A DNA stretch of 64,000 nt from Octopus sinensis (taxonomy: Eukaryota), in assembly GCF_006345805.1 (NCBI RefSeq), contig NW_021831985.1, positions 124,001 to 188,000 of the forward strand. Reading direction: 5' to 3'. The translations under genes and the position numbers were made by a program. This document shows, piece by piece, positions 25,982 to 39,225 of this stretch. Within the stretch, counting starts at the first letter, position 1; each line of letters starts with the position of its first letter. The notes under the pieces were generated by a model. That model was not told the DNA's origin. It searched no databases and worked only from the letters and a program-made list of their open reading frames with translations.

Positions 25982-27876
25982 TACACACATGGGCAATTCT
26001 TTCTTGTCTTAGGATTCACAGTCAAACGGCTGGATGGAATTGCGCAAAAAATTACACAGTTGTGTAGAATGATCTGGTGGTGTTGCTGAGTTTTTTTTGG
26101 GTTTTTTTTTTTCATAGCTCCCATGGTTACCAAGATAATCTATTATAAAAATACTTTTGTGTTTATGAATGAGAAAAGAAGGGGTGATCGATGAACAAGG
26201 AAATAGTGACTCTTGCCTTTATGAATGAGAAAGGAAGGGGTGACAGATGAATAAGGAAGTATCCAGTCATAGAAAATCTACCTAAACAAACTTCATCTGA
26301 CCTATGGAAGCATGGGAAAGTAGATGCTAAATAATGATGATGATGGTTCTTTCCAAGGGTATGTGTTCCAGGTGTGCTAGGTGTACACAGTACAGCCATT
26401 GAAAACGGCAAATATTCATTAATTTAATAACAAATCTTAATGGAAAACTTTTATTATACTCCTGCTTAAAATTTGGTGACAACCATCATATGCTATGTGT
26501 TCATTCCTCATCTCATATTTTCAAGTTACTGAATCCAGCTTCTTTACATGCTTTTAATGGTTTCTTGTAATAAGGTTTTGAATTTGTGTAGCAAAGAAAT
26601 CCTTAAATCTCAGCTTTGAGTTCTGAGCTCCTTAGCCAATATTACGACTTTCCCACTTCAGTCTGTTCATCTTCTTCAGGTATTGACTACGTCAGGTCCC
26701 ACCAAACACACACATACACCTATTATTGTTTTATCACAGCAGTCAGTAACCCTATTTTTTGCTTAGATTTTCAGTCTATTCACAATTTCAATTATAGTTT
26801 CTCCTTATCCTTCAAATCCATCTGCAATTTCAAATTCCGTCTTGCATTTGGTAGGGACTGAACCTGGAACCATGTGGTTCGTAAGCAAGCTAATTACCAC
26901 ACAGCCACTCCTACGTCTAGTAGAAAGGATTATTATTATTATTATCAAAATGGCAAGCTGGCAGAATTGTTAGCACACTGGACAAAATGTTTGGCAGTAT
27001 TTCAAGTACTGCAAGTTCAAGTTTCACTGAGGTCAACTTTTCCTTTCATCCTTTTGGGATCAATGAAATATGAGAACTGGGACCAATGTAATCAAGAAGC
27101 TCCCTCCCACAAAATTGCAGACCTTTTTGCCTATGGTAGAAAGCATTATTATCACTATTACTGCAAATTTCTAGTATCTTGAGCCAATTTAAATGGACAA
27201 CATAATGTATGTATGCATGTATGTATGTATTATATATAAGTGTGTTATAGTTAAACAAAGAGACTAGCCACATCATTAATGACATAGAAAGAGAGATGCT
27301 CATATGTAAAAATGAAGAGTGTTTCCATTAGCAAGCAATACTTATATAACATTTTTTTCCACCATTAACATGCCACAGTTTTACAAACCTACTTCGAAAT
27401 TGTTACAACAGAAATATTCTTTATTTTACATACACACACATACACACACGCACATATTACATATACACACACAGGGAGAGTGAGAAAGAGAGAGACATAT
27501 ACATATAAATACATGCAGAATTTTCAAAATTACCAGATAATGAAATTAAAACACAAATATATAATCAAGAAGATAATAAAAATTCTTAAGTAAATTTTAA
27601 AAATTAAGGTTTATATATATATATATATATATGTAGAATATGTAATAAAATTTGTATGTATAAATTCATGGATTAGAAAAGAAAAATAACATAGCAAGCA
27701 AACAGATAATTAAATATTTTTTTATATGTTTTTTTTTTTATTTAACCTTCAAACAGTATCTACAGTATTGTCAGATATCTAAAACTTGCAATAAATCTAT
27801 ATTATTTAGGTTTTGGAAGTCCACGCACTATACACCGTACACACACATACTAAGATGTACACACACGCATACATAC

Positions 27877-27948
27877 ATCTTAGTAGCCCACAGATTGCTG
27901 GACTCAGCAGGGTTCTCGTTTCCAGTCAGGGAGCCTCCTATTTCTCCA
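27877..27948 (-). CDS. TRIM33: TIF1/TRIM33-like gene, 72-nt symmetric (phase 2-2) exon, possibly a cassette (S GEIGGSLTGNENPAESSNLWATK M)
   Basis: Acceptor gtattgaaatag|T and donor AT|GTATGT; the length is a multiple of 3. Only the gene's own frame is open, as the other two frames contain stops. Confidence 0.7.
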
Positions 27949-28676
27949 CTATTTCAATACAAGCAGATACATTTCAGTTTTAGAATTGGTCCAAACAAAT
28001 TTCAGTTTCAAAAAGAAAATAAATAAATTATGATAATGATAATAGTAATAAATTATAAATGTTAATTTATATAATTAAAAAAAAATATACAAGTGACTAT
28101 AAATTTAAATATTCTTCAACTGTATTTCATAATTCTAATGAAATTTTTCTGTTCCTTCAATGAAGAAGTATTTCTGTCTGGATATTATATATAATACACA
28201 AGCATGCACACTCGCTTCTTAACCACATGGTTTCGAGTTCAGTCCCATGGTACAGCACCTTGGGTGTCTTCAAATATAGCCCCAGTTAATGGAAACTGCA
28301 AGAAACCTGTCATACATGTATGAATGTGTGTGTTTCTGTGTGTGAACTTGTAAATGTGATTAAAATCTTGAAATTCCCACACTTGTCACCAGGTGAGTGA
28401 AGCAGTGGCACTATCAAGATTCCTTGTTGACATTATGACCAGCCATTGTGGTCTTTCAAAGACCTTTGGAATGAAAAGAAAAAATACCCCACAGGTAAAG
28501 AATTAGGGACACAGCAACTGGACGTAAAATCCTGCCTCAAATAGCGAGATGGTCAAAAAAGGACATTAAACAAATATAAGAAAATTGTCTCGCCTCGAGG
28601 AGAATATTGCCCTGCTTGAAAACAGGTGAATGGTAGCCACAGGAAGGGCACCCAACCATAGATCACTTTCAAAGAA

Positions 28677-28925
28677 TTGTCTATGAATATAAACAGTTTT
28701 CTCACTGGGCTTTCAGTAAGGGTGGTACTTGCCTATCCTCAGGTCTAGGATTATGTCCAGGATGTCAACCTTTGTCAAAACGGGTGGTAACTGTTATGGT
28801 TAAGCTGAATTCTTTGAAGATCTATGTCAGACCTTCTTACACCAGTCTGTGGCAAAGCCATTCATATGACTTGAAACTGCCAAAGTGTCATCCCTATACA
28901 GAGCTTAACTATGATGGGGAAATAA
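28677..28925 (-). mobile_element. Penelope-like element reverse transcriptase fragment (decayed)
   Basis: Translates to LYRDDTLA...VDILDIILDLRIGKYHPY*KPSEKTVYIH, matching the PLE pattern YRDD...FLD(V/I)TLDL..G.Y.PY.KPN...Y(I/V)H. Confidence 0.75.
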
Positions 28926-29147
28926 CCCAATAAGGTCATATAAATATAATATACTAATATTATAATATATTATATTATATTATATTATAGTTATTTTTGT
29001 ACTGAAACTGAAACTGAAGCTGAGTTTGTCTCGCAACTCAAGTTTCATGTTGCTACAATTTTCAGGCAAAACCATATCCTCTACAACATATCAAGCACTC
29101 CCTTCTCATTCATTCAACACAAAACAAAACACATAAACACATATGTA

Positions 29148-29183
<36 letters not shown>

Positions 29184-30199
29184 AATGATTTGCTTTCTCA
29201 GCAGCACTAGGAAGTTGCTGAAAAACATCAGTTATCCAAATAATTTCTGGGAATTTTTTTTTTACAAAAATTAAAATATCTAATAAATACAAAATTATTT
29301 TTGTTGGATAAAATAAAACTACATAATTAAATAAAATCAATTTTCAAATCTTGTTATTTTCATACATTTTGGGGGAAGGGGTGGGGGCAAGTTAGCTCCA
29401 ATCAAGCATCCTCAGACTTATGATTGAAGACTTATCGTGCCATGACCATCTCATATTTTTCTCTCAGCACTGCATCCAACTTCTGAAGATACATGATATG
29501 ATTTGAGGTACACTGAGCTGCTATTTTTAATAGTCAGAACTACCACATAGAGGACCTATCATAAAGGAGAGAGATTAAAGCCAATAACAAATGAACAAAT
29601 ATTAGAATTTTAATTATCATTAAAAAGATACAGTTCTAATATATTTCCATTTGTGACTCTTTTTCAGGCCCTGTGAATGGTTGACTTTATTAGTATGTTT
29701 ACTTGACTATGCTAGTAATTTGGTTTTACTCTTGGTTTAGTTGGTCGGTTGACTTCTTTGTTTTTTTGTTGTTCTTTGTTTTTTTTTTTTGTTTTTTTTT
29801 CCACAAGCATTGTTGTGTGGCTAAGTATACTTTGCAACAACTTGGTTTCAGGTTCAACTGTACTGCACAGCACTTTAAACCTTTTGATGCCAATCCACCT
29901 GAGACCACCCTTGGTTGGTTTTATGATATAAACTTCATGCTTAAAAGTGATCTCGGTTAAAAACTTCTCATCTGAATTTCATGTTAATTTATGCTCCAAA
30001 CACCAACTTATAATGGCAATATTATTTTACTAAATTCTTCGTAATTTTCAAAATTAACTGAAACACGGTGTTTTCCAACAGAAATATGCTAACAAAGGCA
30101 GTTAAATGTTTTCTACAATAGCTCCAGGTCGACCAATGCCATGTGAGTCTGGTAGACAGAAACTGTGTGGAAAGCCTAATGTATATGTGTGTGTTCTAT

Positions 30200-30775
30200 T
30201 TTTTAATTATAAATCTTCCACCGAGGAGAGAGCCAGTTTCCAACAAAGATACAAGGCTCCATTTTTGGGATGTAGTTAACACAAACAAATTCACATTTGG
30301 AACTTGAGAAAAGACTTGCATATTTTTACTGTTCCACTCACAGATTGTACTGGTAATGTACAAATCAGCGTGTCAATTTCTCTTTCTGAAAACCCCAGTT
30401 TATCCAGATTCTCCTTTAAGCATTTACTAACAAAACCTAGCACTCCAATTATTATTGATATGAGTATGTATTCATAGTTTGGATACAGAAGCTGGAGCTT
30501 TCAAAGCAGTTGTCCATAGATATCCTTTTTTCCTTTGATTTTCAAAGAGATATTTATATCTGCAGGGCAGCTGACCTCTATGATGGTACATACTTTTGCC
30601 CCTCTGTCCCAAACAATATCCTGCCTGTTATGTTTACATCTGACAGAAGTTTTGATGGGAATATATTCCCCCGGTATTCCTCGAGTTGGTGTTTATGAAT
30701 GTATTCCATAACAGAGGGATATTTTAGATAGTCTTTTTTGCGGATGTTGCGGATGTCATTGTAAATTGTTTTAGC
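30200..30775 (-). mobile_element. 3' fragment of an RLE-type non-LTR retrotransposon (R4/Dong/NeSL-like)
   Basis: Frameshifted translation includes DIV..D....CTIIEVSCPADINI...K..Y..L...IIIGVLGF...SVSGTVKICKSFLKFQM*. The stop is at 30293-30291, followed by a short 3' UTR. Confidence 0.75.
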
Positions 30776-31075
30776 AACAACATATGTATGTATGTATATG
30801 ATGTGTGTGTCCGAGTGTTTGCTCCACTGCCACCAACCTGACCACCAGTGTCAGTTTCTTCAACAAAAGTTGAGTAACTTCAACAAAAGTGACCAATACA
30901 ATAAGAACCAGACTTTAAAAAAAAAAAAAAGAAGTACTGGGCTCAATTTATTCAGTTAAACCCCCCTCAAAGTTGGATCCCAGCATGGCTGGAACAAGCA
31001 CAAAGATAAGATATAATGCAGATTTTTGGGGGTGGGTAGGTGGGGGTCTGTTAATGATAAGACAAATGCACTTAC

Positions 31076-31254
31076 CTTGGGTGTGTGGAAAATTGTCCAG
31101 CAGGAACACCAGATGGTGGGTAATAAACAGAGTTAGTCTTGACAAGGGCATTAGCATTAAGACTGCTACTAGGTCCATTTGACAAGGTCTTAGACACTTG
31201 GGGACCATTACTACTAGATCCACTACTTGATTGAAGATTATTTAAAGAAGAAAT

Positions 31255-31305
<51 letters not shown>

Positions 31306-32494
31306 TTGTTGTTGCTGCTGTTGTTGCTGCTGTTGTTGTTGTTGCTGTTGTTGTTGTGTTGCTGCTGCTGTTGAGTTTTCCTCTGCATTTCATGCAGCTT
31401 TTGCATGAGTATTCGCTGGTGGTCTGTCGATATGGGACCAACATAGTAGCGATTGTCCAGTGGCTGTCCGCTAGTGGCCTTAGTGATAACGGGACTGCTG
31501 GGCTCCTGGCCCTGATTCGAAGAGGCGGAGGCCGCGGCGGCAGCAGCAGCAACCATCATTGGGAGCTTACCGTAATGCCGGCCGTCAATTTGTAGCGAGC
31601 CCAGAGATTTGATGGCAACTACAAGGTCATCAATATTATATGTAAACTGGATGTCGACTTTATGATTTGGGTGAGGGACACGCAAGGGCGAGTCAATTAA
31701 TTTCTTCAGATTTTTCTTCATGTAATTCTTGGTATACAACAGCGACAGGCTGCTGCCAGTCTTAATGGCATCTTCCACAAAAGCGACACAGTGTGTTGTC
31801 CTGTCATCCAAGTAGTTCACTTCGTTGGTCAGCTTTACCAAGTGGTCCTTCTTTTGCCGACAGGCAAAATCTAATTCAGACATGACGTTCTTCAGCCGCC
31901 TCATCACCTCTTGGGTTATCTTCTCCCCGAGGCTCTTGATTTCGTAGACGACGATCTGCTCGCGATCCCGGATGTCTGTGTGTCTCTGTTTGAGAAGTTG
32001 CCTAGCTTGCTTTATCTGCCCCTGCTTTTCTTTCGCTTTCATCAACAGCTGGTTAAGAATCTGCTTCTCCTTGTTTGATGCCTCATGCACAAATAAGTAC
32101 TTGTGTTCTTTGTGTTCAAGAAGCTGGCAGTCTCGGCAGGTTACCTTGTCACAGGTTTCACAGAATAACTTAAGGGGTTCCTGCTTGTGCAGTTTACAAT
32201 AGACAGTCTTTTCACTGCTGATGTTCTGATTACGGATTGCCTCTTCCTTTGTGACCACCGTGTGGTCCTTAGTAACTCGGACTCTTTTGTGCGCTTGCAC
32301 ACATTGCTTACACAGCCATTCTCCACAGTCTCCACAGAAGGATGTAGCTGAGTCACCCTCCTCACATGCAGTACACAAAAAACTGACATCTTCAGTCTCT
32401 TCATTAGAATTGATTTTACTCTCCAGGTAGAATTCGTTGTTTATGATAGCTGCTCCTGGGAATTCCATGGAACATGTTGGACATTTCAAACAGT
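31076..32494 (-). CDS. TRIM33: TIF1/TRIM33-like E3 ligase, large exon: last RING pair (CPTC), B-box1, B-box2, coiled coil, Q40 tract; apparent 1-nt deletion at about 31357
   Basis: B-box1 CTACEEGDSATSFCGDCGEWLCKQCVQAHKRVRVTKDH and B-box2 CKLHKQEPLKLFCETCDKVTCRDCQLLEHKEH are closest to TIF1 family members I know. Acceptor ttttcag|AC and donor CCAAG|GTAAGT. 1419 nt is one base short of the phase needed. TRIM24 versus TRIM33 versus bonus orthology cannot be resolved here. Confidence 0.92.
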
Positions 32495-34239
32495 CTGAAA
32501 AGACAAAAAGAAAAACTTCAATTAACAAACAAATAAATTTTATTTATCTAAATCATGTTTATAGATATATGTACAAGATTCAATGGATATGGCTCTTAAA
32601 CACGCACTAACAGATAAAGAAACCTTTTCACCAACAGATCCCTAAATTCCAATAATAGATACATCTTCAAAACACCACAACAGACAGGTAGACCATTACA
32701 CCATTCACAGACATTCACTCACACTGTTTCTAGGCCATCATATCATAGAGACATAGAGGAAAATATTCTAACACAATATTTTAACTCAAATTATTGTAGC
32801 ACTTTCTTGATGTAAAATTTTGAATCTTCTTAGAAATTAGAGATTTTTAAGGAAAATACAAGAATTGCACGAGTTTAGATGACACTTGGTAATAAAGTGT
32901 AATGCATGGTATGCAATCAGGAATGTGGTCTTTACCCCTGCCACTGTCACCTGCGCAAATATGTTAAATAAGTTGATTACTAGAAGTTCTTTTATGAAAT
33001 GAGACTAAATTTTTATTTTCTCAGAGAGAAGAGAGCTTAGATCTTAGTTTTCAGTCTCAAGCCATTGTGACAGCCGTGGTTACTTAACAATACAGGCACA
33101 ATTCCAAAGACATGAATATGACTATATGGACATAGAGTTACATAACTACAAGGTCCCAAGTTATGTCTCACTCTGTGACACCCCAAGCAAGTGCTTTCCA
33201 CTGTAGCCTCACACCAACCAATAGCCTGTGAGCAGAACTGACAGATGGAAACCATCAAAGTTCATCAGTTTCCGTCTACCAAATCCACTCACAAGGCTTT
33301 GGTCGGCCTGAGGCTATAGTAGAAGACACTTGCCCAAGGTGACACGCAGTGGGGCTGAACCCGGAACCATGTGGTTGGTAAGCAAGTTACTTACCACACA
33401 GCCAAAAATTTTTGTTTTATATTCAATTGAATTAGCTAATAACTAATTTTCTATTGTGACAAACAAATTTTAATAATTTTTATATTTTGTTGAATTTATC
33501 AGCATTTACCTGTAATTAGATTCACTTTAACACTAAAATTATGCCATAGATTCGGGCAAGAACCTTTTGCTAAATCCATGTTCCAAAAATTGCATTAATA
33601 TTTTAATAAATAAAAAAAAGAGTTTGTTTTATGAAAGTAGTCTAAATTCACAATATTTTAAGAATTTAATTGAAATGCTTAAGGTGTATATTTTAGTTAG
33701 AAATATAATGACAAAGAAAGGGTTAAAATAAAGGCCTCCTCTAGTGCTTGTATTTAAGAAGCTTTTAGTAAAGTATGCCTTTAATGACTAGCTTAACGAG
33801 GAAAAGTTCTTTAGAATTATCATCATGATGAGAAGCAAATGTTAACAAGAATATTTTTGTTTTCCAAAATGAGGGCAGAAAAAAAAGACAATCACTGGCA
33901 TATTAGCTGTTGGATTAGTTAAGATTACCACAATGTTGACATAATCCATGTCCAGTGGCCTCGAAAGAATATGAGACAAACTGCTTTAGCTTTCAGTTCT
34001 TTCACTGAACTGTCAAGAAATCAATATCAGATCTTTGAAAAATGTTTACTGTTCTACATGTATCATTATTGTTACCAACACAAACTTTCACATGCTTCCA
34101 CCTTCGTTTAAAGGTGTGTCAAGTGATATTTTTAACTAAATGATTCATTTAACATATGGTTGTGAACATCTTAGAAATGTCTGTCTACACAAAGGACCTG
34201 CATTTCTTCAATATAATACTTTTGCAAGGGGCTATGTCT

Positions 34240-34640
34240 TTTCGTCAGATGTCACTTTGTCAAGCATCTTTTCATCCAACATCTTTCAGTGCAATGATTT
34301 TCTTGTCCAACGACAAATCCTATCAATAAAATTCTCAATGATTATTTGATTTTGATGCTCACCTTGTTTTCTAAAGAGGTTTATTTAAAATTGGAGAAAA
34401 AGTGGTTTGACACAAAAAATCATCGAACAAAAAGACGTGGACAAAGTGACTCTGGACAAAGTGACATTGGACAAAGTGGCTTTGGACAAAGTGACTTTGG
34501 ACAAAGTGGCTTTGGACAAAGTGGCTTTGGACTAAGTGGCTTTGGACAAAGTGACTTTGGACAAAGCGACTTTGGACAAAGCGACTTTGGACAAAGCGAC
34601 TTTGGACAAAGTTACACTGGACGAAAAGCTGGGTCATGCT
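34240..34640. mobile_element. MITE-like element with 15-bp subterminal tandem array (GGACAAAGTGACTTT x12, 34439-34618)
   Basis: Twelve consecutive 15-mers. Inverted counterparts CTTTTCGTCAGATGTCACTTTGTC lie near 34249. No TSD was identified. Confidence 0.6.
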
Positions 34641-35271
34641 TTTTACAAATATCTTCCCCTGATTCCTCTTTCATCACAACTTTATTTTATGGGCTGTTAT
34701 TTCCAAAAAAGCTAGAATGAAAAGAACTTCTTGAAAATTACCTGAACCTAAAAATACATTTATATATACATTTAAATATACACACTCACAATGACTTGCA
34801 TATTAATTTTTAATATGATCTAGCAAATTCAAACATGAATAATGCTATTTGTTGTCACAGAACAACTCTTTTTATGACAAACGCATGTTCAAAACATTTG
34901 ATTCATTAGCTCAAGAGACTCAGGAACAGCCAGTGTTTCAACATGGTTGTTTCTCATCAGACACAAGCACCCCGATCTAATGAACTCATTTACAACTTCA
35001 GCAAATAAAACTGTTTGCCAATGCATGTCAATATTTACCAACACACAATATCTTGACATAATCATGATCAACGGTGTTTGTTGTGTTTTGTGACATTATA
35101 TTATCACCATCTTAACTACACAGCTACAACATGTGCACACAAACACATAGATACACCCACACACACATTATCAATAAAGTATCCCCAACATAGTTTATAC
35201 AAATAGCTTGTAAAAAAAAATAACAAAGAAATACTACTGCACTGTCAAATACAAAATCAATAGTATTTTAT

Positions 35272-35504
35272 GGCGGCGAGCTGGCAGAAACGTTAGCACG
35301 CCGGGAGAAATACTTAGCGGTATTTCGCCTGCGTTACGTTGTGAGTTCAAATTCCGCCGAGGTCCACTTTGCCTTTCATCCTTTCGGGGTCGATAAATTA
35401 AGTACCAGTTACGCACTGGGGTCGATGTAATCGACTTAATACCTATGTCTGTCCTTGTTTGTCCCCTCTGTGTGTAGCCCCTTGTGGGCAGTAAAAAAAT
35501 AGGT
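35272..35504 (+). mobile_element. Family B (Nin/Deu-type) SINE, near full length
   Basis: GGCGGCGAGCTGGCAGAAACGTTAGCACG head, GCCTTTCATCCTTTCGGGGTCGATAAATTAAGTACCAG domain and CCCCTTGTGGG tail. Confidence 0.8.
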
Positions 35505-36164
35505 CATAAGAACGAGAAAAACAATGAGATGGAAGAGAGTTCCAAAGTCTGGCAGTTTGAGGGGAAAAGCCACAATTGTAGAAGATTTCCTTATTCATCA
35601 AAGCCCAATACTGATTAACAAAATTCATATGCATTCCTTTTTTTTTTTTGTCTTTTTGTTGTTATGAATGGATTATAATAATTTGTATCAGATGCGTGGC
35701 CACACATTTCAGATGGAATTGATTTTAAAACAACTTCTGTTCTCCAACCATTGTTTTATTCATCAACCCTTGAAAGGTGAAAGATAATGTTGATTTCAGT
35801 GAGATTTGAGCTCTTCTGCATTCAAATCCTAATAAGATCAACAGGATTCTGATGAAAAAATTAATTGATTGTGCGCTGCATGGTTCTTTCACCTGCTGTA
35901 ACCAAATCTCCCTAAAATCACAGTTAACTATGTCAGAAAAAAATAAAGCCACATTGAATAATATGGTTCTGGGATACAGTAAATTTCAGGAAAAAAAGCA
36001 CTGTGAAGTCATGATTAGAATGCATTTGATCAATGATCTACTTAATCACTTTTTAACTACAATAACATCAAGGAAGGAATAGTAAAATACAATTCTTTTC
36101 ACTGAGATTAGCAGCTGTGAAAAACGGCATCCTAGATTCTATAGTAAGACAGTTAATCATAATG

Positions 36165-36600
36165 ATATTTAGCATCCTCTTACCATGCTGGCAAGGGTTG
36201 GAAGGTCTGACCTGGAGCTAGCAAACAGGGAGCTGTCCAGACTCCAACTGTCTGATGTGGTATGGATTCTACAGCTGGATGCCCTTCCTAACACCAACCA
36301 CTTAACAGAGTATACTGGGTGCTTTTTATGTGCCACTGGCATGGGTCCATTTACACAGCACAGGTGCATTTTAAGTGGTACCAGCACCTGAAAGGACAAG
36401 CCTGTATGTGTGGAAGACAGCGATTTTAGTTAGCTCAATATGTCTCATCAAATACAGAAAATCACTACATCTCCCAGTCCCTTATCATTTCCTCAGTGAG
36501 GCCCAGCATCCAAAGATCCTTTCTCACCACTTTGTCCCACATCTTCGACAATTACAGCTTGGTACTTCTTTACGCAGCTGTCCTCATCCATAAACAGTGT
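36165..36600 (-). mobile_element. 5'-truncated RTE LINE (RT C-terminus joined to the GAT-tail UTR)
   Basis: MDEDSCVKK.../WDKVVRKDL..LGLTEEM..D resembles the RTE end, followed by the shared 3' tail. Confidence 0.65.
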
Positions 36601-36619
36601 GTGTGTGTGTGTGTGTGTG

Positions 36620-36671
<52 letters not shown>

Positions 36672-37147
36672 AACTAAAATTCTCCCTTCTATCATTCTTC
36701 CTAAATAAGGAAGTCAAACACTATAAATGCAGTTTTGATAATCTCATCATTCATACATCAGGAACTGTAAAACAGCAGCTAAAAATTTTCACAAATCACA
36801 TCCTTAGGATAACCATTATGTAAGAGTATGATTTGTGATGGTTTTGGCTGCTGTTATCAGCAGAAATGTGGGACAACTGAACTGTTATGTATATTTTACC
36901 ACCTGCTGACATGTTTGAAGTGTTTGTTGTTAAGATGAGTGTATTCAAAAGTGCCTATTTTATTGTTTACATGTATATAAATACATATCTATTTATATAT
37001 ATATATATACACATATGCATAGTACTGTGTGTGTATACACATATATACAAACACACACATACATATATATACATACATATATACACATACATACACACAT
37101 ATATATATATACATACACATATATGCACATAAACACACACATACACG

Positions 37148-37197
<50 letters not shown>

Positions 37198-37347
37198 TAT
37201 ATACACACACATACATATATACACACACATAGATATAAATACACATATATACAGACACATATATAATACTGCATTTCGAAAAGTGTTTTGTTTTCTTGCC
37301 AACTTAATGTGGCAGTCCCAGAAAAGGGAAGAAACCTATTGCAATAC

Positions 37348-37416
<69 letters not shown>

Positions 37417-37599
37417 AACTTGAAACATCAATGTCTCAGATTCCTGGAAGAGGGTGACACTGCACGAAACGGGTACTTTCACACCTTTCCACCATAAGGG
37501 AATTTTTTCTCCACGGTAACTGAAATGTATTTGCCATTAGCAGTTGAAATAAATGACAAACATATTCCAAATCACCCATCTAACCCTAGCACTCTCAAA

Positions 37600-37945
37600 T
37601 TGCAATGAAGAGGTGAAATAAGTAAGTAAATATAACTTTACTTTAATCCCGAAACGCGTATGTAGCTAATCTGAGTCATGCAGATTCGTTATTTCTTTTT
37701 CCTTTTGCCTACGTAAAAAAAGTGTGTTACTATCTGCAAGATCTTTACGGCAGCAGAAAAGGAATATTAAATCTCATTTCTAAATGTGGTGTGTGGTAAA
37801 GCAATTAGCTGACCCCTAATTATAATTGTTTATAATTATAGAATATTTGTATAATTTTACCTAAAAAGGTTATTTTAACTTATCGATCTACTTGGTAAAA
37901 TTATTAATTATTGATTAATTAATTTTACCCTTCTATTATTAATAT
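37600..37945 (+). repeat. Dispersed repeat, probably a Penelope-like terminal repeat; second copy at about 51010-51365
   Basis: Shared GAAATAAGTAAGTAAA...CGAAA(C/T)GCGTATGTAG...AAAGCAATTAGCTGACCCCT...ACCTAAAAAGG. The TGAAGA/GATGA...CGAAACGCGT spacing is hammerhead-like. Confidence 0.6.
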
Positions 37946-37971
37946 ACACACACATATACATACACACACAC

Positions 37972-38014
<43 letters not shown>

Positions 38015-38807
38015 CATACATACACACACACACCATCATCATCATTTAGTGTCCGCCTTCCATACTAGCATGGGTTGGACGGTTCAACTGGGGTCTGGGC
38101 AGCCAGAAGGCTGCACCAGGCCCAGTCTGATCTGGCAATGTTTCTACGGCTGGTTGCCCTTCCTAACGCCAACCACTCCGTAAGTGTAGTGGGTGCTTTT
38201 TACGTGCCAGACGAGGCTGGCAAACGGTCACGATCGGATGGTGCTTTTTACGTGCCACATATAAAATTAACAGGGTGTGATAAAAATCCAAGGCTGTGAA
38301 AAACCAATTTTAAATACTATTGGAACTTACACACAAGGTACAGGAAATTTATATGTATACAATTCTGCCTAAATAACAGAACTGCAGATACAATATCCTT
38401 GCATATCTCACGTCTGTTTTCATTCCTCCACTTCACTCTCTATTTCTTATCTTCTCTAGAATAACTATTGCTTAACCATTTTCTCACACCATCTCCAATG
38501 AAGGAATATATAAAATATCCCAGAAACAGCTGTAAGACTTTCTTATTTGTAAATGTTCTGAAATCTTTCACAGCCTTGGATTTTTATCTCATTCTGTTAA
38601 TCTTTTATATGTATGCATGCCGATATGACCTACGTTGGTCTCATCATTCGCATAATCATCAAACCTGGAGCTTAACTGTAGTCTGTCCATAGCACTTACT
38701 CAGCATTTCTTGACACCTTTGGGTCTTCTTGACACCATTACCTCTCATAACCTCAATATATACACACGCATATATATAGACAAATAAACACACACACATA
38801 TACATGC

Positions 38808-38839
<32 letters not shown>

Positions 38840-39048
38840 TATATATAAGGAAAGGGGAAAAAAATCTAGTTTCAGCATGTAAGAATAAGCCAAAAATCAT
38901 TTTTTGGCGTATTCTTACATGTTGGAGCATTTTTTCATGTTTCCTTATATAATTTGTATATATAACTATTATTTTAGTATATAATTTAACAAGGTTTGTA
39001 GCATGTTGACCACTTGATATGATTTACATGATTTTATCCTTGTTTTTA

Positions 39049-39087
<39 letters not shown>

Positions 39088-39145
39088 ATTGGTGAATTGA
39101 AGAAATGGAGCTGAACGCAGATTGAACAGAAATCGTTTTATTTCA

Positions 39146-39225
39146 TTCTACACGTGTTTCGAAAGGCACAAATTACCAAAATCCGATTGAATAATGGGAC
39201 CATATTGTGTCTTTCTCTTCAGGAA
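39146..39225 (-). ncRNA. Minimal type I hammerhead ribozyme motif (same strand as the host pre-mRNA)
   Basis: Reverse complement of the 39481-39560 motif. CTGAAGA lies at 39222-39216, and the predicted cleavage is after GUA at 39149. Confidence 0.7.

Noticed and set aside
31227-31595. Poly-Ala/Val ORF on plus and poly-Thr/Ala ORF on minus; likewise 21225-21533
   Set aside because: These are shadow frames of the CAG/CAA tracts in the TIF1 exons.
34439-34618. Regular short repeats suggestive of a CRISPR array
   Set aside because: There are no unique spacers, and the sequence is eukaryotic.
34346-34720. 124-aa ORF with (GQSDF)n pentapeptide repeats
   Set aside because: It is the translation of a 15-bp DNA array inside a MITE-like element, with no splice or start context.
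34743-34748. 6-nt microexon-like motif tttttag|GTTCAG|gtaatt on the minus strand
   Set aside because: It is too short to distinguish from chance without junction reads.
34930-34965. CTGATGA...GAAAC on the minus strand as a hammerhead
   Set aside because: Stem II lacks the G10.1-C11.1 pair, and there is no valid stem III or cleavage triplet.
36887-37423. Several 70-140 aa ORFs rich in Y/I/C/V/H/T (also near 4000, 22130 and 25800)
   Set aside because: They are translations of TA/CA/TG microsatellites, which lack stop codons in some frames.
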